From Antedon mediterranea (taxonomy: Eukaryota; Animalia; Echinodermata), in the NCBI RefSeq assembly GCF_964355755.1, contig NC_092672.1, forward strand, positions 38,898,183 to 38,962,182: DNA of 64,000 nt, read 5' to 3'. Made by a program: the position numbers and the translations under genes. Position 1 is the first letter of the stretch. Every line of letters begins with the position of its first letter. Under the pieces are notes generated by a model that was given only the letters and a program-made list of their open reading frames with translations, did not search any database and had not been told where the DNA came from. Shown here piece by piece: positions 53,201 through 64,000 of this stretch.

Positions 53201-55986
53201 CCCTGACGAGACAATTTATCCCACCTTTGGCAGAACGATTCGGCCCACTTTAGACCAAACAAATAATTGATATACATATTTTGTGGTGTTTGTCAAGTTT
53301 TTAAATGTGTTTGAACATTTAATAATTATAATAATGTTATTAAAAACTTGACAGATATTTCCAATAATAATGTGATATGTAAAATTACTACTAAAAGTCG
53401 TAATTTTATATTATTTATATACATACTATTATTTAGAAAACTTTTGTTATTCATGCCGATTCAACAGAGGGTGTAATTTGTTTGCAATATAAATCATTTT
53501 CGGCAATGTTTTAGGCCCCATATTAAAAAAAAAGTCAGATTTTCATAGTTTGTGCTTTTTTGCATCATTATCCCTAGTATTACTATCCTCCACAGTCTCT
53601 TGAAAATGAAACAAAACCAAACATTAAACGTTATCAAAGAATTTATATTATAAAATGCAGTGGCCTGTTTCATTGCAAAGTCGACATTGTTAAATGGGTT
53701 AAATACCACAATCATCCAATCATGATGGTGTTTGGCATTGTTGTTACTTATAGGTGTATCCGACATCTGTACGTGCAATTGGTTTAGGGGCGTGTAGTGG
53801 AATTTCAAGGCTGGGAGCAATTATATCCCCCTTTGTATCGCAGGTGAGTACAATTTTATTGCACTCCATATTGCAACTCATTAATGTTGAATATACAAAG
53901 ATTATGATAGCAAATTAAGTTATTATCCAGTCAGCTGCTGCTGAATAGATTTTAGAGGAGAATGAGATAAAAATACAGGTGAGAGGAGAATGAGATGTAA
54001 ATCTCACTCATGCAGTGAATCCTGCGCTTGAATTCACTGTAGAACATACTTCTTATTTACGTATATATATATATATATAGTTTGTTTCTTTTGTTTCCAG
54101 GTCCTTTTGGGTTATTCTGCTCATATAACTTTAAGTATTTATGCTGGTACAACTATCTTAGCTGGTTTTGCATGCTTACTTCTACCAATTGAAACTAAAG
54201 GAAGAGGGATGGTGGTATGTATAAATAATTGTTGAGAATAATAATAATAGTAATAATGATGTTGGCTGATAGATTCAAGCTTTAACACATTTTATACATG
54301 ATGCTTACAAAACACTACTTAATGGAACTAATGCATTATGATGCTTACAAAACATTACTTAATGGAACTAATGCATCATGATGCTTACAAAACACTACTT
54401 AATGGAACTAATGCATTTTATACATGATGCTTACAAAACACTACTTAATGGAACTAATGCATCATGATGCTTACAAAACACTACTTAATGGAACTAATGC
54501 ATCATGATGCTTACAAAACACTACTTAATGGAACTAATGCATTATGATGCTTACAAAACACTACTTAATGAAACTAATGCATCATGATGCTTACAAAACA
54601 TTACTTAATGGAACTAATGCATCATGATGCTTACAAAACACTACTTAATGGAACTAATGCTTCATGATGCTTACAAAACACTACTTAATGGAACTAATGC
54701 ATTTTATACATGATGCTTACAAAACACTACTTAATGGAACTAATGCATTATGATGCTTACAAAACACTACTTAATGGAACTAATGCATCATGGTGCTTAC
54801 AAAACACTACTTAATGGAACTAATGCATCATGGTGCTTACAAAACACTACTTAATGGAACTAATGCATCATGGTGCTTACAAAACACTACTTAATGGAAC
54901 TAATGCATCATGATGCTTACAAAACACTACTTAATGGAACTAATGCATCATGGTGCTTACAAAACACTACTTAATGGAACTAATGCATCATGGTGCTTAC
55001 AAAACACTACTTAATGGAACTAATGCATCATGGTGCTTACAAAACACTACTTAATGGAACTAATGCATCATGGTGCTTACAAAACACTACTTAATGGAAC
55101 TAATGCATCATGGTGCTTACAAAACACTACTTAATGGAACTAATGCATCATGGTGCTTACAAAACACTACTTAATGGAACTAATGCTTCATGATGCTTAC
55201 AAAACACTACTTAATGGAACTAATGCATCATGATGCTTACAAAACACTACTTAATGGAACTAATGCATTTTATACATGATGCTTACAAAACACTACTTAA
55301 TGGAACTAATGCATCACGATGCTTACAAAACACTACTTAATGGAACTAATGCATCATGGTGCTTACAAAACACTACTTAATGGAACTAATGCATCATGGT
55401 GCTTACAAAACACTACTTAATGGAACTAATGCATCATGGTGCTTACAAAATACTACTTAATGGAACTAATGCATCATGATGCTTACAAAACACTACTTAA
55501 TGGAACTAATGCTTCACGATGCTTACAAAACACTACTTAATGGAACTAATGCATCATGATGCTTACAAAATACTACTTAATGGAACTAATGCATTTTATA
55601 CATGATGCTTACAAAACACTACTTAATGGAACTAATGCATCATGATGCTTACAAAACACTACTTAATGAAACTAATGCATCATGGTGCTTACAAAACACT
55701 ACTTAATGGAACTAATGCATCATGATGCTTACAAAACACTACTTAATGGAACTAATGCTTCATGATGCTTGAAAAACACTACTTAATGGAACTAATGCAT
55801 CATGGTGCTTACAAAACATTACTTAATGGAACTAATGCATTTATTTTTCGTGGTGCAATCCTTAAAATAATAATGTATAAAATAAATAATACTCAAAAGC
55901 ACCTTACGCTTTACTTACAGAATGCTGTAGCTAGTAAAACGGGCCAAGAAGTGGAAGATCCTACTTGTCCAAAGCATACTACATAG
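35201..55986 (+). CDS. SVOP: Synaptic vesicle 2-related protein (MFS transporter), 15 exons per isoform
   Basis: Exons 35201-35363, 36075-36160, 36532-36702, 39775-39899 (or 43794-43918), 45901-45964, 46431-46556, 47915-48046, 49031-49107, 49563-49639, 51965-52066, 52394-52505, 53080-53161, 53754-53843, 54101-54214, 55921-55986, phase-compatible. Motifs [63 protein letters not shown]. Confidence 0.95.
38717..38960 (+). mobile_element. tRNA-derived SINE remnant
   Basis: Pol III A box TGGCTTGGTGG and B box GGTTCAAGTCC at tRNA-like spacing, but no complete cloverleaf. 3' boundary uncertain. Confidence 0.55.
40248..42497. repeat. 141-bp tandem satellite, about 16 copies, each with CCCTAACCCTA
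   Basis: AGAAGTCCAATCC at 40391, 40532, 40673 and onward. Lies between SVOP exons 4a and 4b. Confidence 0.97.
43228..43565. repeat. Tandem repeat of about 50 bp, about 7 copies
   Basis: Unit AAACAGCAGTAGAAAGCAGCTATGAGCCATTTAGAGGAGTTTAAGCCTAC. Confidence 0.92.
43794..43918 (+). CDS. SVOP: SVOP alternative exon 4b (paralogue of exon 39775-39899)
   Basis: 125 nt flanked by CCTTACCAG| and |GTAAGT. Encodes [42 protein letters not shown] with no stop, and has the same length and phases as 4a. Confidence 0.88.
44261..45471. repeat. 100-bp tandem satellite, about 12 copies
   Basis: AATTTGGTGC at 44261, 44361, 44461, 44561 and onward. Confidence 0.97.
47992..48698 (+). repeat. Tandem array of about 101 bp made of the 3' end of SVOP exon 7 plus donor and intron start, 7 copies
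   Basis: Unit GTTGAYAACAACAAGCCAATGCCYCTTGGAACACTGAAGATAGATGGAGTGTCG|GTAAATAATTGCTTGATAATGATGAGTTATGAGTGTTGATTTGGAT. Confidence 0.96.
49259..49427. repeat. 82-bp direct duplication
   Basis: ATGTTATCCTACTTTGATCC at 49259 and 49341. Confidence 0.9.
49804..51768. repeat. 70-bp tandem satellite, about 28 almost identical copies
   Basis: Unit ATAATTCCACTTGCTTTTTAGTCAATTAAAACAATCCCACATACTCTGTC(T/C)ATAAACAATGATACTTGTC. Confidence 0.98.
52503..52989 (+). repeat. Tandem array of about 82 bp starting at the SVOP exon 11 donor, 6 copies
   Basis: Each unit begins AAG|GTTAGTTTTACTTTATTT and ends CCAACTAAATTTAT. Confidence 0.95.
54290..55841. repeat. 40-bp tandem satellite with occasional longer variants, last SVOP intron
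   Basis: Unit CATG(A/G)TGCTTACAAAACACTACTTAATGGAACTAATGCAT. Confidence 0.97.
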
Positions 55987-58397
55987 TATACACATCGCTT
56001 ATATATCAATTTAAATAGAAGCATAGAGCAACAGTAATAAATATCAAGTTCATCTGTTGTTGGAAAGTATGATGTTCTATGTTTGATTTTAAATGAAAAG
56101 ATGTATATTTCTATAAAATATTAATATATATTATGTATTGATTGTATATACAGTAGTTATATATATATATATATTACAGTATTTATTCGAATAAATGACC
56201 TGCTTAAAATAAGTCACACAAATCCCGCCCCCCTTCCACTAATAGAACATTGTTTGGAAAAACACCCCTCGAATAAATGCCTGTCGGGGCGTTTATTTTT
56301 TTCCTTGAGTAAATGCCCTGCCACATGCATATACACACAATATTGTATTGAAACACATTTTTATTTAAAGTAGAATGTATTGAGTTCCATGATGTACAAT
56401 TTAACAAACAATTTGATAGGCTTACATATAATTGTTACTGTAGTTGATCACTTCTTGATATTGTATTATCTCCTATCTAGGGGCATTGATTATCACATTG
56501 CCATAGCAAAAGAGTTATAAACTTAGTTAAATATTACTGTATTTAAATGTTAATAAACAATGACTACAAAATAAATAATAAGTTTGAATCGCATCTTTAT
56601 TGAACGACGGTTATAAACATGATGTTTTGGGAAAGCGTGTAATATTACACAGTCTGACTACACTAAATAAAGAGTGTTATGTAGCGCTTCTTTTAGTTTG
56701 AGTTGATAAGGTGTATTTGCAGAATCTTATTAGATTGTTGAATGTGAGAGGCTCTATCACGGACTAGATGTTCACGCAATATTTATTTGCTGCTATTGTT
56801 GCCTTGAGGAAGACAAATTATTACATTTTGAAAATAAAGTTTGAATCTTAAAAGTTTCGCCAATATCGCCCGATTAGGTGAGGGCAATAGGTATATTTTC
56901 TATTTTGCCGTGATCCGTGCTCACGGGACTTTTCAGAATAAATATCCCCATTATCATCTATATTTGTGTTTAGTTCTCCGTCTTACACACACACATAGAG
57001 CAAGCCTGACAGCAAAATAATATATTTACATAAAGACCCTGTTCCGTTGGAGTTGTTCCGTTCTCGCGTCGTGTATACATTAGACTGGCAGCCCAGCGAC
57101 ATTTGGTTAGATGAGCTAAGTACCAATATCTGACTATTTAAGTGTGTTGGAGGTCAATTGAAGTTAATGAAAGTTAATGAAAATGGGAGTCTGCCGGGTG
57201 CCCCTGCTGCGTCTAGACCGGGAGACCCCGAAAGGTGCTAAAAAATTGTCACCAGTTAGATGAGAGAGATACCACCTAATTTCACCAGCATGGGATGCCC
57301 ATTGGCATCCTTATACCAGTATCACAACCGACCGACTTTTTGTCTGCTGCAATAGGCCCGCCAGGGCCTAAAATTGGGACAGCATAGATGAGTGAGGTAC
57401 CACTCAAAATTAATGCCAAATAAACAAGTTGTGTTCATACAATACTAAATGGATATAGAAGTGAACGCGAATTATTTTTACTGTATACAGTATTAAAATC
57501 GTCGAACGTTGAAAGTAATTGTTATTCGATAAACAAGAGGTTTATAGTTACATTAAGAAAACGTTTATAATTGAGAATTATTTCCGAAATGTTGTGTTAA
57601 TTTGTGTGGCATAACAGTTAGTGCCACATGTTAGAGAGTTTCGCAGGATCAACTCCCGGTGAGTCCACAAATTAAAAAAGATTTTTTTTCAATTAAATTT
57701 ATCAAATTTTCTATTGATTTAGGCCTAATTGTCTTTTTTATTAAAAAAATTAAATTTTTATGAATATAAAATTGAATAAATGAATATTAAGCATTGTTTT
57801 GGGTTTGAACTTTTTATTCCATATTGTATTCATGGTTACTCTCATCTTGATGGCCTGATTTTCAGACTCTTAGCTCGCTATGTCGGTCGAGTTGTTGAGT
57901 AAGCTGCCAGGACTTTATGTGCGCTATCTGTGTCCCGTTAGGACCCTGGGATACTTCTGCCCATGTTGCAAGCCGTCTAAAACGTCTTCCTCCTTAGACC
58001 AAAACGGCTCACTGTGTCGCGGAATAATGTGTTAATTATACCAATTAGGATGGTATTTATATGAATAAACGCTCGGAACACCTCCCCATTAAAACATCAA
58101 TTAAAATAATTATCGCCGACCCCCTCCCCCCACCCAAACACCCTCTAATAAACGCCCATCCACATTGATATATTGTATTATATTTATAACACCGATTTCA
58201 TCAGACTGTTATCTACAATTACCAAGCATTTGTTATTCTTTTTTACCACTTTTCATATCTACTAGAGGATTTTATTTGTAAATGTACCATATTATTAAAA
58301 CTAAAAAATGTAATGTATCCCTCGAATAAGCACCTCCCTCAAATTAACTCCGCCTCCCCACATCCACACAATAAGGGCCCTAGCAAACAATAAACAC

Positions 58398-58427
58398 TGT
58401 CTGTCTGTCTAGACTGTCTGTCTGTCT

Positions 58428-58461
<34 letters not shown>

Positions 58462-58662
58462 GACTGTCTGTCTGTCTAGACTGTCTGTCTGTCTAGACTG
58501 TCTGTCTAGACTGTCTGTCTGTCTAGACTGTCTGTCTAGACTGTCTGTCTGTCTAGACTGTCTGTCTGTCTAGACTGTCTGTCTAGAGACTGTTTGTCTC
58601 TCTAGACTGTCTGTCTAGACTGTCTGTCTAGACTGTCTGTCTGTTTAGACTGTCTGTCTGTC
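58398..58662. repeat. Compound microsatellite (TCTG)n / TCTAGACTG
   Basis: Seen directly. Abuts the 3' tail of the terminal LINE. Confidence 0.97.
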
Positions 58663-60302
58663 TTTTTTTCAATTCAATTCAATTCAATTTATTTTCATAA
58701 GATACATCATTGTGAAATAATATTACAGTGTTTTTTTTTGTTTTTGTTATAATTAGAATGCACTTATGCTGGAGAAACATAAATAAGCCCGGAGGGCTTT
58801 AAGGCTAGTTCCACCAGAAAAAAAAAATAATTCAAAAAGTATATATAATAAATGTTTCAAAAGTAGTCAATAAATAAATAAAAGAAAATAAAATATGAAT
58901 AAATAAATAACAAGAATAAAGAAAAAATAATAAACAATTTAAGCTACATACACAAGCACAACAAGACACAGGACAAAAACACGTGACAGAACGAGGACGG
59001 AAGGGACGAAGACGCTGGACAAGAGTTAAAAAACTGGGTTAGAGGATAACGACTGAATTCTTAGGGGAGATCGATTGAATACTTTGATACCAACGATGAT
59101 TTGTAGCTAAACTTGAAGGATTCGAAAGAGCGGTTAGTTAGGGAGGTGTGAAAAGAATTCCATAAAATAGGGCCAGTGGATTTAATTGAGTTTCTTGCTG
59201 TGGAATGGTTATTGATTGGGATATATTTATTAGAGTTGCGGGTGTTATAATTGTGAACTTCGTTGTTTTTTGTAAAGAATCGGTTAAATGTGATAGGAAG
59301 TTTCTGATTACTAAATTTGTGCATGAACAAAGCAGTCTGTAAATTATTTATGTCGAAGATGTTAAGAGTTTTTACTTTGTAGAAAGGGGTTTGGAATGAG
59401 TGAGGTGTTGGGAATGGGTACAGATGCGGATCGCCTTTTTTGTAGTTTAAAAAGTTTGTCAAGTCTTGTTGTTTCTGTGCTAGTCCATGAACAAAGTGTT
59501 TGGTGTTTAGAGTGTGTGACAGCCCAAGCAATGTTGCAATAATTAAGATGTGGCAGGATAAGGGTATTATAAAGGGAAAGTAAAATGTTTTGTGGGAAAG
59601 TGAATTTGCGTTTGTTTATTATACCTATAGATCGAGAGATTGTGTTGGAAATTGTATTAATGTGACGCTTCCAGTTCAGTTTGTTGTCAATTGTCACTCC
59701 AAGGAATTGAGTATGATCAACTTGTTTGATTAAAACATCGTCTATGAATATTTCGATGGGGTTTTCTTTAGATTTTTTACTATTTGAGAAGTGAATAAAG
59801 TTAGTTTTATCAATGTTTAATGAGAGTTTGTTAGTTTTGAACCAGTTTGAGACGTGGTGAATTTCGGATTTAAAAGTTGAAATTAATTGGTTAAGGTCGG
59901 GATGAGAGAGGAAAATATTGGAATCGTCGGCAAAAAGAACATAAGAGAAAGAACTTGAGGCTTGTTGGATATCATTGATGTAAATGAGGAAAAGGAGAGG
60001 TCCGAGTATAGATCCTTGGGGGACGCCACAAGTCATAGGAATGCAGCACGAGGAGTGAGAATTAAAGGATGTGATTTGGGTTCGGTTGTGGAGGTAGTCA
60101 GAGAGTAGAGAGTAGGGAGTCCAACGGATGCCATAGTGATAAAGTTTAGATAGTAAGATGGAATGATCAATTGTGTCGAAGGCTTTAGAAAGGTCAAGGA
60201 ATAAGCCGATTGTGTGATGATGTTCAGAGAGGGCAGAGGAGATTTTGTTAAAGATATCGAGAACGGCAAGATCAGTGGAGTAGTTTGGTCTGAAGACATA
60301 TT
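58663..60302 (-). mobile_element. 5'-truncated L2/CR1-group LINE (RT to 3' end), frameshifted
   Basis: NQYVFRPNYSTDLA...FLDLSKAFDTIDH, CGVPQGSILGPLLFLIYIND, LFADD, FLGVTIDNKLNW, HNYNTR, GPILWN. On the minus strand AATAAA is followed by an (ATTGA)n tail at about 58668-58693. Confidence 0.93.
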
Positions 60303-63300
60303 GGTTAGGGTTAGGGTTAGGGTTAGGGGTTAGGGGTTAGGGGTTAGGGTTAGGGTTAGGGGTTAGGGTTAGGGTTAGGGGTTAGGGGTTAGGGTTAGGG
60401 TTAGGGGTTAGGGGTTAGAGGGTTAGGGTTAGGGTTAGGGGTTAGGGTTAGGGTTAGGGTTAGGGGTTAGGGTTAGGGGTTAGGGTTAGGGTTAGGGGGT
60501 TAGGGTTAGGGTTAGGGTTAGGGTTAGGGTTAGGGTTAGGGTTAGGGGGTTAGGGTTAGGGTTAGGGTTAGGGTTAGGGTTAGGGTTAGGGTTAGGGTTA
60601 GGGTTAGGGTTAGGGTTAGGGTTAGGGTTAGGGTTAGGGTTAGGGTTAGGGTTAGGGTTAGGGTTAGGGTTAGGGTTAGGGTTAGGGGTTAGGGTTAGGG
60701 TTAGGGTTAGGGTTAGGGTTAGGGTTAGGGTTAGGGTTAGGGTTAGGGTTAGGGTTAGGGTTAGGGTTAGGGTTAGGGTTAGGGTTAGGGTTAGGGTTAG
60801 GGTTAGGGTTAGGGTTAGGGTTAGGGTTAGGGTTAGGGTTAGGGTTAGGGTTAGGGTTAGGGTTAGGGTTAGGGTTAGGGTTAGGGTTAGGGTTAGGGTT
60901 AGGGTTAGGGTTAGGGTTAGGGTTAGGGTTAGGGTTAGGGTTAGGGTTAGGGTTAGGGTTAGGGTTAGGGTTAGGGTTAGGGTTAGGGTTAGGGTTAGGG
61001 TTAGGGTTAGGGTTAGGGTTAGGGTTAGGGTTAGGGTTAGGGTTAGGGTTAGGGTTAGGGTTAGGGTTAGGGTTAGGGTTAGGGGTTAGGGTTAGGGTTA
61101 GGGTTAGGGGTTAGGGTTAGGGTTAGGGTTAGGGTTAGGGTTAGGGTTAGGGGTTAGGGTTAGGGTTAGGGTTAGGGTTAGGGTTAGGGTTAGGGTTAGG
61201 GTTAGGGTTAGGGTTAGGGTTAGGGTTAGGGTTAGGGTTAGGGTTAGGGTTAGGGTTAGGGTTAGGGTTAGGGTTAGGGTTAGGGTTAGGGTTAGGGTTA
61301 GGGTTAGGGTTAGGGTTAGGGTTAGGGTTAGGGTTAGGGTTAGGGTTAGGGTTAGGGTTAGGGTTAGGGTTAGGGTTAGGGTTAGGGTTAGGGTTAGGGT
61401 TAGGGTTAGGGTTAGGGTTAGGGTTAGGGTTAGGGTTAGGGTTAGGGTTAGGGTTAGGGTTAGGGTTAGGGTTAGGGTTAGGGTTAGGGTTAGGGTTAGG
61501 GTTAGGGTTAGGGTTAGGGTTAGGGTTAGGGTTAGGGTTAGGGTTAGGGTTAGGGTTAGGGTTAGGGTTAGGGTTAGGGTTAGGGTTAGGGTTAGGGTTA
61601 GGGTTAGGGTTAGGGTTAGGGTTAGGGTTAGGGTTAGGGTTAGGGTTAGGGTTAGGGTTAGGGTTAGGGTTAGGGTTAGGGTTAGGGTTAGGGTTAGGGG
61701 TTAGGGTTAGGGTTAGGGTTAGGGTTAGGGTTAGGGTTAGGGTTAGGGTTAGGGTTAGGGTTAGGGTTAGGGTTAGGGTTAGGGTTAGGGTTAGGGTTAG
61801 GGTTAGGGTTAGGGTTAGGGTTAGGGTTAGGGTTAGGGTTAGGGTTAGGGTTAGGGTTAGGGTTAGGGTTAGGGTTAGGGTTAGGGGTTAGGGTTAGGGT
61901 TAGGGTTAGGGTTAGGGTTAGGGTTAGGGTTAGGGTTAGGGTTAGGGTTAGGGTTAGGGTTAGGGTTAGGGTTAGGGTTAGGGTTAGGGTTAGGGTTAGG
62001 GGTTAGGGTTAGGGTTAGGGTTAGGGGTTAGGGTTAGGGTTAGGGTTAGGGTTAGGGTTAGGGTTAGGGTTAGGGGTTAGGGTTAGGGTTAGGGTTAGGG
62101 TTAGGGTTAGGGTTAGGGTTAGGGTTAGGGTTAGGGTTAGGGTTAGGGTTAGGGTTAGGGTTAGGGTTAGGGTTAGGGTTAGGGTTAGGGTTAGGGTTAG
62201 GGTTAGGGGTTAGGGTTAGGGTTAGGGTTAGGGTTAGGGTTAGGGTTAGGGTTAGGGTTAGGGTTAGGGTTAGGGTTAGGGTTAGGGTTAGGGTTAGGGT
62301 TAGGGTTAGGGTTAGGGTTAGGGTTAGGGTTAGGGTTAGGGTTAGGGTTAGGGTTAGGGTTAGGGTTAGGGTTAGGGTTAGGGTTAGGGTTAGGGTTAGG
62401 GTTAGGGTTAGGGTTAGGGTTAGGGTTAGGGTTAGGGTTAGGGTTAGGGTTAGGGTTAGGGTTAGGGTTAGGGTTAGGGTTAGGGTTAGGGTTAGGGTTA
62501 GGGTTAGGGTTAGGGGTTAGGGTTAGGGTTAGGGTTAGGGTTAGGGTTAGGGTTAGGGTTAGGGTTAGGGTTAGGGTTAGGGTTAGGGTTAGGGTTAGGG
62601 TTAGGGTTAGGGTTAGGGTTAGGGTTAGGGTTAGGGTTAGGGTTAGGGTTAGGGTTAGGGTTAGGGTTAGGGTTAGGGGTTAGGGTTAGGGTTAGGGTTA
62701 GGGGTTAGGGTTAGGGTTAGGGTTAGGGTTAGGGTTAGGGTTAGGGTTAGGGTTAGGGTTAGGGTTAGGGTTAGGGTTAGGGTTAGGGTTAGGGTTAGGG
62801 TTAGGGTTAGGGTTAGGGTTAGGGTTAGGGTTAGGGTTAGGGTTAGGGTTAGGGTTAGGGTTAGGGTTAGGGTTAGGGTTAGGGTTAGGGTTAGGGTTAG
62901 GGTTAGGGTTAGGGTTAGGGTTAGGGTTAGGGTTAGGGTTAGGGTTAGGGTTAGGGTTAGGGTTAGGGTTAGGGTTAGGGTTAGGGTTAGGGTTAGGGTT
63001 AGGGTTAGGGTTAGGGTTAGGGTTAGGGTTAGGGTTAGGGTTAGGGTTAGGGTTAGGGTTAGGGTTAGGGTTAGGGTTAGGGGTTAGGGTTAGGGTGGTT
63101 AGGGTTAGGGTTAGGGTTAGGGTTAGGGTTAGGGTTAGGGTTAGGGTTAGGGTTAGGGTTAGGGTTAGGGTTAGGGTTAGGGTTAGGGTTAGGGTTAGGG
63201 TTAGGGTTAGGGTTAGGGTTAGGGTTAGGGTTAGGGTTAGGGGTTAGGGTTAGGGTTAGGGTTAGGGTTAGGGTTAGGGTTAGGGTTAGGGTTAGGGGTT

Positions 63301-63703
63301 AGGGTTAGGGGTTAGGGTTAGGGTTAGGGTTAGGGTTAGGGTTAGGGTTAGGGTTAGGGTTAGGGTTAGGGTTAGGGTTAGGGTTAGGGTTAGGGTAGGG
63401 TTAGGGTTAGGGTTAGGGTTAGGGTTAGGGTTAGGGTTAGGGGTTAGGGGTTAGGGTTAGGGTTAGGGGTTAGGGTTAGGGTTAGGGTTAGGGTTAGGGT
63501 TAGGGTTAGGGGTTAGGGTTAGGGTTAGGGTTAGGGTTAGGGTTAGGGGTTAGGGTTAGGGGTTAGGGTTAGGGTTAGGGTTAGGGTTAGGGTTAGTTTG
63601 GGTTAGGGGTTAGGGTTAGGGGTTAGGGTTAGGGTTAGGGTTAGGGTTAGGGTTAGGGTAGGGTTAGGGTTAGGTTAGGGTTAGGGTTAGGTTAGGGTTA
63701 GGG

Positions 63704-63744
<41 letters not shown>

Positions 63745-64000
63745 GGTTAGGGTTAGGGTTGGGGTAGGGGTTAGGGTTAGGTAGGGTTAGGGTTAGGGTT
63801 AGGGTTAGGGTTAGGGGTTAGGGTTAGGGTTAGGGTTAGGGTTAGGGTTAGGGTGGAGTTAGGGTTAGGGGTTAGGGGTTAGGGTTAGGGTTAGGGTTAG
63901 GGGTTGGGTTAGGGTTAGGGTTAGGGTTAGGGGTTAGGGTTAGGGTTAGGGTTAGGGTTAGGGTTAGGGGTTAGGGTTAGGGTGTAGGGTTAGGGTTAGG
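60303..64000 (+). repeat. Telomeric repeat (TTAGGG)n with TTAGGGG variants
   Basis: About 3.7 kb uninterrupted to the window end, with the G-rich strand running 5'->3' toward the end as expected for a chromosome terminus. Confidence 0.99.

Noticed and set aside
56175-58390. CGAATAAACGCCC-type Tc1/pogo MITE remnants at about 56175-56320 and 58050-58390
   Set aside because: Ends and TSDs could not be delimited with confidence.
63000-64000. Distal telomere variants (TTAGG, TAGGG, TTTGGG)
   Set aside because: Irregular and increasing toward the end, so most likely read-end sequencing or consensus errors.

Overview
AT-rich animal (invertebrate, possibly echinoderm-like; inference) chromosome end. 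From left to right it holds the 5' half of an unannotated minus-strand EF-hand gene (3 exons, apparently two GC-AG introns), a class A orphan GPCR, a 12-exon proline dehydrogenase (PRODH), a decayed Neptune-type Penelope element with a hammerhead ribozyme motif, and a 15-exon SVOP-type MFS transporter. It ends in a truncated L2/CR1-clade LINE that runs directly into about 3.7 kb of (TTAGGG)n. Introns are inflated by many unrelated tandem arrays, four of them serial copies of an exon end plus its splice donor. Non-autonomous DNA transposons (hAT-, P-, Kolobok- and IS3EU-like) were recognised by their TIRs and TSDs. The most notable points are a duplicated, probably mutually exclusive SVOP exon, the donor-seeded satellites, the LINE-telomere junction and the hidden EF-hand gene. 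Exon structures were read by eye from splice consensus and reading-frame phase. Family assignments come from remembered motifs, not database searches.
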